DNA of 64,000 nucleotides. It comes from Schizochytrium sp. TIO01. Lineage: Eukaryota; Protista; Bigyra: Labyrinthulomycetes. Under the pieces are notes generated by a model that had not been told where the DNA came from, ran no database searches, and saw only the letters and a program-made list of their open reading frames with translations. Position numbers and translations under genes: made by a program. Of the stretch, positions 54,476 through 64,000 are shown piece by piece; position 1 is the first letter of the stretch; each line of letters starts with the position of its first letter. The DNA lies in NCBI GenBank assembly GCA_004764695.1, contig SMSO01000033.1, forward strand, positions 1,922,001-1,986,000, in the 5' to 3' direction.

Positions 54476-57400
54476 GCCATCATCATCAGCATCTATGGGT
54501 TCTTCTGGCTCGCCTTCACCATCGCTATTATCACGTCAACAGACCAAGGCACCTGAAGGAGGACTGATTCTTGAGGAAAACATCCAGACAATTTTTTCAG
54601 ACTTCGCCGACACCGAGGATGAGGAAGAAGAGGAAGAAACAGACACAGATGGTGAGACAACAACTACTCATGAGGATGACGAGTCTAATGACGTGCTTTC
54701 TGGAGACGAAGAAAGTCAAGAAAGTCTGGAAATGGGGGGGAAGGCACCCCACAGCGACATCCTCGTTGCAAGGAAGGGCCAAGAGGAACAGAATAAACAT
54801 GAACATGTAAGACAGTATCAACAAGCCAGTTCAAATGGTGTCCCAGACCAGTCTACCTTACTTACACCTCGCGCACTTGCCTGTTCTGAAGACGAGGCAA
54901 ACCAACGTGAAACCTCTGTATCTGGCGCTCAAGCGAAGACAGTCGAGACAGATGAAGACTACGCTCTACTATCAGAGGAAGATGAAGAAAGTCTCCATGA
55001 TACATCCGACTTTTTACATGTCCTAACATCTGTTGAGGGCCGGCGTTATGCTTCAAATAGTCAAGGATCGCATGCAAACACCTCATCCCATACGAGTGGC
55101 CTTGAAGATGACGATCGCGTGCATGACCACGACGAGGCCTGTGGGAGTGGAATTGAAGAAGCAGGTAAACTCAATCCGCACCTAGTTGGACAAATCTCGA
55201 TGACAAAAGACCGCTTGTACTGCTCATACCCGACGTGGCTCTCCATAGTTGTCACCGTAGCGCTTGGGGTTTATGCAGTTCTGCTCGCTTGTGCAATTCT
55301 TGGTGATGCGTTTCTTCTATGGAGTAATATCTCTGGCATTCAGAGTAACAACACCTCAATGTCAGTTGTTGGAAGGTATTCCTTGCACGAACTTATCCAG
55401 GTGACTTGGTCCTATGGTGGATACTCTTCGGCAATTTTTATTGTCGTTTGCTCGCTCGCATGGCCCATAGTCATCGTGGGACTTATGCTTTGGGTGTGGT
55501 TTGGCGAACTTCAGCTTCGCGTGCGTTCACGTATTCTACGCTGGGTCTCGCGTCTTGGTACCATGGGCTTGTATTTTTTTTTCTTCATCATTTTCCTCGA
55601 CTCCTTTCTGCAAGTAACCTTTTTAGATGACAATAACCATGTCCGGGCAATTCGAGGACAACCTGGCTGGGCTGTTTTTGTTTACCTTGCCGATGTCATC
55701 CTTTTACTAATCCTTACCGAATGGATTTATGTTCTTCACTATAACTCTGTCTATTTGCTCACTTGGAGTATGGAGCACGAAACCAAGGCCCAGCGCCTCA
55801 AGTGGTATTTTGGTAATGCCAACACATTCTGCCGGAGTCTTTGTTGCGTAAATTTCCTTCTCAATGTGCACGGGGTACCGCAAGATGCTGGTAAACAAAC
55901 ACCTTCTACGAGAGACAACCCTGGAACAGAATCATCGCCAGCCGATTTCGATCTAGAGTTTGGCGCTCGAAGTCATCGAAAACGTGCCGCTTCCTCACAT
56001 GGGACGATTTCGAGTCACACAGGCCGACGTCGGCGCCATTCTCGTCATCATAGACGACAAGGTTGGCAGTTTGCGGAGGATGAAGGTCAGGATGACAAAC
56101 ATCACCGAGGCACTTTGTCCACTGACATGGAGTTCATTCGTGGTAGCTATCGGTTCAAGTGCTCGAAGTATGGTGAACTCGTGGGGATTGTTTATGCTCT
56201 TGTAATTGCAGCGCTAGGGTTGGGAACCTACATTATGCCAGTTTTTCAGCAGACCACCGCATTCAAACTGAATAGTACATCAAGTGACCCACCAACGCAG
56301 GTTAGATACCTCACTCTCTCAGAGGTTGGGACTCGCCTTTTGACGAATCTTGAGGATGTCGAAGTTACTTGGATAGCTGGAGTTGTTTTCATTGTGGTTT
56401 CATATTTTATTTTACTCTACGCGCTCCCAATATTCCTGCACTGCATGTCATCGTTTTGTGCTTTTTTCCCTGTTCAGCGTCTTTTAGGTAAACGCCTTCT
56501 CCGTGCAATGTGCCATGCCTGCAATCTCGTCTCTGTCTTTGCCGCATTTGAGGTAGCGATCATGGTTTTGGTTATCTTCTCCTTTGATTTCAGCATGATC
56601 TTGCTGGCAATGATGGAACGTGGTGGGATGTACGAGAGTGAGTCGGTGTTGGACGATGGTCGTCGTTTTGACCAGTGCGCAGCGTACAACGAAAATGGAG
56701 TTCTTACCTTATCTATCTGCTTGGACCTAGAAAGACAACCTGCTATTGTATTAGGACTTGTGGTTGCTGTGCTTAACATTCCCTATTTGTACTATTTTTC
56801 TGAGACTTATCATCGTCATTTTGGGTTGGTGGCTGATGGACGTAATGAGCAAAGTTATGCTTCTGGCGAAACAACTCACAAACACAGAGCTGAGGGATGC
56901 ATAGTTTATCTTTGTTACCGTGGGTATTGTTGCACCCGTAAGTCCTACATGTTTCGACAGGAAAGTGTTGACGAAGATCCGTATTATAGGCTGCAACGTG
57001 CAGACAATTCGTTCATGGAGCAAGTTGATGAACTCGAGCGTGGAGACAAGCCAAAGGGTGATGGCGACGAATTTGAAGACCTTCGAGATGGACGTGGCAC
57101 ACCTAGACCGGAGAACACATGGCGCGCTAGACGCCGAAGCCTGGCTGCTAACTTTAAACGTTCTCCTTTACGGTTGCCTCCGTTTTCTTCTCCAGCATTT
57201 GCGCACAAGGACGATTTTGGGTTGCCAAGCGGGTCACCTCATCAGACTCGTGAAGCTGGAGTAGATGGAAGTGAAAACCGTTTGCATCGTTTTAGTCAGA
57301 GATTCAATTTTACTAGGAGCTCGTCACAACCTAGTAATCTTTTTGCTGCTGGTTTGGTACGTGAATTTTCTCCAGATCTACTCTCCCCTGGCGCGTTTTC

Positions 57401-57752
57401 TGCGCCATCTGCTCATGAGAGTGATGACCCGGGTGAGGATGACAGCAATGTGTTTAGTGATACCGATGATAAGCACAGTCTGCATGATCACGACGGAAGC
57501 ACATTCACTGATCATGATGGACCCAAAACTGCAGAGAGTGAGAAACAAGATTCGGCCCACGGGAGTTGTCTTCAAGACTCGCTCAATCAAGCACACAAGA
57601 AAACTCATATAAACATTACTATGGAAAGCTCAGACTCCCCGGATTTATCCCATGCTATTATTCAAATGCCCCGTTCTGGAAGTGGACTGACTACACAGAG
57701 TGAGACAGACCTCAAGAAGTTTGCCCGTCCTCAAACCCTTGGTCTTATTTAG
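54045..57752 (+). CDS. Multi-pass membrane protein with two degenerate PqiA-like (paraquat-inducible protein A) modules and long disordered termini
   Basis: YSLHELIQVTWSYGGYSSAIFIVVCSLAWP..MLWVWF..ILRWVSRLG..PGWAVFVYL and a second block LSEVG..SYFILLYALP..VSVFAAFEVAIMVL resemble eukaryotic PqiA-like proteins. First ATG is at 54045. The CDS itself is secure; the family call is moderate. Confidence 0.7.
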
Positions 57753-58732
57753 TTTATGAGCATCGACCTCAACGTTGTTCAGCAGAATGTGAACATTTTT
57801 ATTTATGAAACCTCAATTAGATATGATTTGCGACAAACAAGGCAAGATTTGATTTGGCATCAAACCAATGAGACATGTTTGTTTGTAGCTTAACCAAGTG
57901 TGTAATATTCCTTTTCTCCTTCTCCTTTGTTTTATCTTTTTGCTATATTACACGATGGTAGGTAATTTGTTGTGATTGAGACACAGTTTAGTCTCCAAGA
58001 AAAACAAGCCTTGTCTTCAGCTCAAGTTTCCTAAGGCCATCAAATCATTTCACTGTTATTCGTTGTTTAATCTTGACAGGTATATACGTGGTCCAACTGT
58101 ATGTGTTTTGTATGGCTAGGCATGGATAGCAGAGAGCAGCTTCTGCTCCCGAAAAAAATCAGTTGATGTCTACTTACCCGTACTCTTTTTTAATTTTTAA
58201 TTTTTTACCTTAGAAACTAACAAATGTTGTATAGCTTTTTGTGCGAACTCAACAGGAAAGAACGCATTGTGCAATGCATGCCCTAAAAGTACTCGAACCT
58301 CAAATTCATGCCTTCAAAGACTCTTAAACATATAGACATTAAATGGAAGCGAACGCACATGAGCAATGCTTTGAAGGAATGCTTTTGCAATTATCGTATA
58401 TCAGATGGAGGAGATGGTGTTATGTATCTTCGAGTGAGGACGCAAACCAAAAGTCAAATGGAGTTTGGGCTTTCTTTATCAAATAAAGCAGTCAGTAGAA
58501 GTTGAGTGCTGAGATTCTTGTCGTTATTGAAAGCGTATACCAGTGAAAAGTCATAAAGATATTGTCTGATTTAGCAGATTTCCTATTGAAATTGTTTCGA
58601 ACGCACAAAATTAAATTAGCCCAATTACTAGCCAAGAAATAATAACTAGTATTTATTGTATATACACCGATTATAGTTCTATCACAGAAGAAAGAAGTCA
58701 CATGGAAGAAATGGATATTCATGAAAGCTCAA

Positions 58733-60649
58733 TCATAGGATAAAACCATCGGTGCCGCCTTGTTCACCTAGCATTTCGTTGAACTCTTTAATAACATCGG
58801 CAAATTTACCACTCATAGTGCCGTCTGGGGTAACCACATCCTCAAGTTTTTCCATAGCTTTGATACTGAAGTCGTCCGGAAACGAAAATACGATAATGAT
58901 ACGGGAGTCACTTCCTTGATTCCAAATAACGGAGCCTTGAATAAAGAGGGAGGTAATACGATTCGAATCTGCTGCTTGGGTCACAGCAGAATGCTGCGTT
59001 GTGGACATGGCAACCACCGTGGCATCAACACGCTTATTTACGTCATAACGCATGCGAGCATTCATACCACTTGGTGGCATATATGGAGTAACACTGCGAT
59101 TGCTTGCATCCAGGGCTCCAAGTTGATGCGGATGCTGGCGTTGCATTGAATGAGGCATGCCGGAAGGAGCGCTAGATGATGACGAAGCTGCCGACGTGCT
59201 CGTAATAGGGGGTCCGCCGGGTCCTGGCAGTGTGTGAAGTGCAGGAGCAGGCACCGCACTAGCGCCTATAGACATTGAGTCAGCGGTCGGGTCTGTAGGT
59301 TTTCCGCCAAACATCTTAAGCGCTGAGCCTGAGAGGAAGTTTCGCATAAAATTGCCCATGAAGGATTGCATGGAAGTGGCGGTAGACTCCTGTGCCGCTT
59401 TAAGATCGCTGGCTGCAGCATGCACGTCGGCGGCACTGATTTCAGAAGGCGAGGCAAGCGTTGACAGTGCCATCTCTCGTTGCCTACGGTTACAAACAAC
59501 AGCCCAATCCTGATCTTTTTGGGGAGCCTCACGCTTTTCCCGAAAGTATAACATTTTTGTGTCTGCGTCAGGCATGTCATCCGCAAGTTGTGCCAACTCG
59601 ATATTGTTGACTCTGTACAATCTCCGCTGAATATCCGGGTTGCTCATAGAGTTCCACACAAACTCAGCCACAGTAGAAGCTGGAAGACCAGGGAATGTAA
59701 TATCTACGCGAACATTAAGGCGCTGACGCGCTGGCGTTCCCATAGGTCTTGAGCCTGGTTTTTCGCCATACTCATCCTTGAACTTGTAGTAGAATTGAAA
59801 ATTCTGAAATGGTATGTCCAAATTTGCGGGAACACGACCTGGGATCCAATGGTCAGCAAGAGACTGCGAGATAAGACCTAACACATGCGCCTGAGCTGAA
59901 TCGCTACCTTGCTTATGAATCATCTGGCGCGCATCACTAGAAGCACTTGGCGCACCATCACACAAGTACTTGAAGCAAGACACAAACCTCTTGTGTTCTT
60001 CCAACTGAGCACGCAAAAGGGCATTCTCAACCCGCATGTCTGTGGAACCTCGCTCTCGCATATTCTCTACCTTAACTTGCAATTCTCCAATTTTGGAAAG
60101 AAATTGGGATCGTTCATCACGTAGACGTTGATTCTCCTCACGAAGATCCTCGAGCTCGCGCTTCCGCCGAGCACGTGAAGCGCGGCTTGCTGCTGCAATT
60201 TGTTTTCTACGCTTCGCACGCTTCTCTTCCTCAGACGCGGCTCCTTTAGTAGTAATGCCGGACTTGTTACCCCTTGCTGGTGCCATCGTCTTCCGAGATG
60301 CGGAATCGACGGTGCCTACTGAAGCCAGATCTCCATTACTGTTGTTGTTATTTCTATAGGCATCTGAAGTGAGGTAACTTTGACTCTGACTTTGTTCAGA
60401 ATCCAGTGAGGATTCGCGTTTGATACGTTTGGGATGGTTTTCGTCATACATATCACTCGAAGAACCACCATCGTTAACATTTACCCAAGGACTATCGATG
60501 TTTGTTCGGCGCATGCCATCATTAGGACCGCCTTGATCCCCAAGATGGAGCGGCCCTGGAGAGTCAGGCTTGAGGAGCGTACCTTCAATCGAAGGCAGTA
60601 GCATATCGAAATCATTGTCAACAAGGTCGTTGAGGAAATTGTCGTCCAT
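58733..60649 (-). CDS. bZIP transcription factor with atypical basic region and a C-terminal START-like region
   Basis: EEKRAKRRKQIAAASRASRARRKRELEDLREENQRLRDERSQFLSKIGELQVKV = basic region plus zipper. First ATG is at 60649. Confidence 0.85.
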   Translation of the reverse strand: MDDNFLNDLVDNDFDMLLPSIEGTLLKPDSPGPLHLGDQGGPNDGMRRTNIDSPWVNVNDGGSSSDMYDENHPKRIKRESSLDSEQSQSQSYLTSDAYRNNNNSNGDLASVGTVDSASRKTMAPARGNKSGITTKGAASEEEKRAKRRKQIAAASRASRARRKRELEDLREENQRLRDERSQFLSKIGELQVKVENMRERGSTDMRVENALLRAQLEEHKRFVSCFKYLCDGAPSASSDARQMIHKQGSDSAQAHVLGLISQSLADHWIPGRVPANLDIPFQNFQFYYKFKDEYGEKPGSRPMGTPARQRLNVRVDITFPGLPASTVAEFVWNSMSNPDIQRRLYRVNNIELAQLADDMPDADTKMLYFREKREAPQKDQDWAVVCNRRQREMALSTLASPSEISAADVHAAASDLKAAQESTATSMQSFMGNFMRNFLSGSALKMFGGKPTDPTADSMSIGASAVPAPALHTLPGPGGPPITSTSAASSSSSAPSGMPHSMQRQHPHQLGALDASNRSVTPYMPPSGMNARMRYDVNKRVDATVVAMSTTQHSAVTQAADSNRITSLFIQGSVIWNQGSDSRIIIVFSFPDDFSIKAMEKLEDVVTPDGTMSGKFADVIKEFNEMLGEQGGTDGFIL

Positions 60650-63600
60650 TTTGCGATGTCCTCGACACACCGACTCTCAATTCAAAGAAATATGTCAGGG
60701 ATTTTAGATGTTTGTGGATCAGGAATAAGCTGCAAATTGTCTTTTAGGGGGGTGTAGACGGCCACGGCCCTTCTTGTGCAACAATTTCTCAAGAATTTTG
60801 GATTAATTTATTTGTCGTCGTTGTCGTCGTCGCCGTTGCTGCTGCTGCTGCTATTGATACTGATTTTACCGCTGCTGCTGCGTCTGCTGCTAAAATTGCT
60901 AATACTACTAATACTCAGTTGCAGCCGCCTGTTGCTGTAGCTGTTGCTAAGTCTACAAAGTTTAGATGCTTGCAGCTGGTTGCTAATCACCGCGTCGCCC
61001 TAGATGTGCTTAGCTTTGAGCTACAACCAGCTGGACTGTCGATAAACAACAGGGGCAACTAAACTGACTCCGCACCGTCGCAGCCACGAAACTACAGGTC
61101 TCTCTTCGAGGAAGCAGGTCTTTCTGTCTCGCTGACTGTGCCCGTCCGTGGTTTACTCTTGAAGAAGTGACTTGAGAGCTCGAGAAAGAAAGAAGTAGAC
61201 AAAGAGAGGGAATGGAAATTCACACTCCGAGTCGCCTTTCACCAAGCTGTTAAAACACCTCTGCAGATTGAGCTGCGCGGGGCTATTGCTCCCGTCTGAG
61301 AATGCAAGCAAGTCTCCTCGCCTGATGATTGATTTCCTAATCTCTTGCGTGAGAGTTAGAAGCAAGAGGTACTGCTGAAGGTGTCGTCGTGAACAACTCT
61401 GTTCCCTTCAAAGTTAGAAAAAGGGACTACCTAATACTACTAGTACGTTTCTAGACAATAAGCAGTGTGTAGGTGTATTACTGTAGCATGAAAGTCATGA
61501 TAGTTAAGAAAGTTTACCAGAGTATTTTCGATTAATTTAATATATATATGATAGCTATATTTTCATTATTTAAAAAAAATATTAAATTTAATTTACATCA
61601 AAAGAAATAATCTACAAACAAGCGCTACAAAATAACCAGGCCAACACTTCAGTGATACACTACACGGTGATTTAACTTAGTTTGCGATTTTTTTCAGAGC
61701 TCCCATTTGCAATGAAGAAGATGTGTGCATAGGGTCTGATTGTTCACAGTCTCAACTTCATCTCTTCAATTGTCTCTTTTGTTGCCACTTCAGAGTAACT
61801 AACTACCTACATGAGCAATTTAAGATAATAAATAACAATAACTCGAATATTCAACTGCTTAAAGGCTATATTCTGTATGCTGGGCTGCATGTATTGAAAA
61901 AATAGATAGAGAAATTTGATGGTTCCATGATGGATGTAACCAAACTATCCTGCACAGCATTGAGTGCATCGACTAGGCTTCAAGCTGCTTCCCCAGGGTA
62001 GATTGTACAGACTGTCTTGTGAATTTTCGAATCACCAAAATTTAACCTTCTTCCTGAATACAAGGAATAGGTATGTTCTCAAGGCAATTTAAAATTAGTT
62101 CCCTCTTTTGTTTTTTAACAAAGTTAGCAACAATTGGTATTATGAATTTTGCATCATGCAGTAGAACGCAACAGACACCACTCTCGATCATAAGACCATG
62201 TCGAAGAAGTTTGTGTTCATTTTTAGTGACATTGCTTTGTGCTTCTTTGTGCTTTCTTTCTTTCTTTCTTTCTTTCTTTTAAATTTAAAAAGCATATGTA
62301 CTTATACTAGTTAGTAATTACTCAACGCCCTTAGGACCAATAATACCTTACCTAAGTTTTCTCAGAAATACATAATGACTTCTAGGTATAGTATTATTTT
62401 TATTTTTATTTTGAAAACAAAACTTTTTCCTTCTTTTTAAATAATTCTGAAATGATAATAAAAAAGCTGACGCAAACATTGCTTGCGCCTACATCGTTTC
62501 TGTTTTGGTCACTGCTTTCAGGTAAGCAATAGGTCTAATACCTACTAACTAATATACATTTATATACGTGTTTGTCTTTTTACACAAGCACTTATCCTGA
62601 ATAGTTAGTTAGAGTGATCCCAGATACCCATCCTGTGATAGTCGCAGCGCAGGTAGTACCGGAACCAGTACCGTATCACTTTCGTTTATCAGACTATGGA
62701 GGCTGTCAATCCTTTTGCATGGACATTTTTTAAAATAACAGTATCTGTCACTGTACTTGAGTGGTAATTGATTATGTGTACTCTTGCTCTGGCAACTGAT
62801 TGGAATGGAGAGTTTTACACTTGTTGGGGATAACTAACCAGTATTCATGGAAGGGCACCTGTGACAGAGAGGGCATAACTTGCATCATCATGATGCCTCT
62901 CGTTTCGCCCCTTGAACCGCTTAGGCTACGTCATGAAGAGAGGGACAAGCTAGAAGCTGTGGTTTGATAAAATGTGGAACTCAAAACTATTCTTTTGCTT
63001 GAATTATTACCATTATAGAATTCCTAATACAATCTGCATATGATCTGGCATGATGAAGGGTATTGGGCAATCCGATTAAGAGTGACACAACGTAATAGTC
63101 TACAGCTCAACTCCGAAAATGGCAGGTCCGATACACAATATACTAGAATTCGACATATGCCAAAACGTACATAGAATATTGTTAGTTACAGTATGCTTCT
63201 GAATAGAGCTTCTACGCAAATATTTTAAAGACTCTTAGATCCATTCCCATTTAATGCGAGGATATATAAATTATATCAAATTTTGAGATTACTCCCCACA
63301 ATTCTATCGCTGATACCCTGCACATGAAGTGAAGGAAAATATTTGAATAAATTCCCATACTATCACTCACAGAATGGATCATGCATGGGATAGCCTAGCA
63401 CTGCAGATTATGAAGACATACTTCAAGCTTATTATACAAAATTTGCAGTTGTATGGTTACATGTGACATAAAATGTAAAAGGTGTTAAGCATGCTTAAAA
63501 GAGCGTTTGCGTTCTGATGAGTAACCATAATTATCTTCTTCTTCTTCTTTCCTTCTTTTTTCTTACATTTTGCAATAGTAATTTAAGACGTGTAATCTCT

Positions 63601-64000
63601 CATCTATGTTAGTTAGACCTTCACTTGAGATTAGGGTCCCACTATGTCTAACCTGGGAAAAACTTTCGCATGGCCTTGTAACGAAGCTAGACCTCCATTG
63701 AAAACCACAATACCAACCCTATTTGATACGGGAAATCCACTCATTCTAGCGTGCCCCAGGGTATCGAAAGAGTCTACCATACATATAGTAGTCCCGAGTT
63801 TGTGGGAGAACGCCTACATTTGCTGATTTGATTTGATTATGAGGGAGTAATTCTTATTTTATTTAAGATGAACACAAGCAAGTGACTACGCGTTTAATAG
63901 CTGCGTTTAAGGATACACTGCAATATTTTTTTCTTCTAACGTTCAACTCAGGCACGCACACCATACCTTTTCCCCAAACGCAAAGTATTAGAAAGAATTT

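Noticed and set aside
62860-62935. Minus-strand TAGCCTAAGCGGTTCAAGG resembles a tRNA-Ser/Leu D-arm or A-box
   Set aside because: No T-arm (GTTCRA) or acceptor stem could be built.

Overview
Eukaryotic nuclear DNA, gene-dense and nearly intron-free, with microsatellite-rich spacers. Gene content and sequence style suggest a stramenopile protist, most likely a thraustochytrid (Aurantiochytrium/Schizochytrium-like); this is inference, not a database result. I can support 17 protein-coding genes: a 1.3-1.4 kaa RING-H2 protein, a membrane RING-H2 E3, a PHO80/U-type cyclin, a tandem pair of MDR-family oxidoreductases, a DHX57-like DEAH helicase, PCNA, a coiled-coil protein, a DH-PH RhoGEF, an AFG1/ZapE ATPase (two exons), makorin, a mitochondrial RbfA-like protein, the prenyltransferase alpha subunit, a long DGAT2, a UBC-fold protein, a PqiA-like membrane protein and a bZIP factor. 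I found no rRNA, tRNA, CRISPR array or intact transposase. The most notable observations are: (1) a bZIP with the invariant Asn replaced by Ile, fused to an apparently split START-like lipid-binding domain; (2) a Ubc12-like E2 whose catalytic Cys is Ala; (3) a SIM + tandem FN3-like + RING-H2 protein resembling a SUMO-targeted ligase; (4) a recurrent TACTAGTA palindrome in TAG-rich tracts upstream of most genes; (5) a 290-bp foldback/MITE-like element and other diverged dispersed repeats. All domain calls come from reading motifs by eye and need HMM or structure confirmation.
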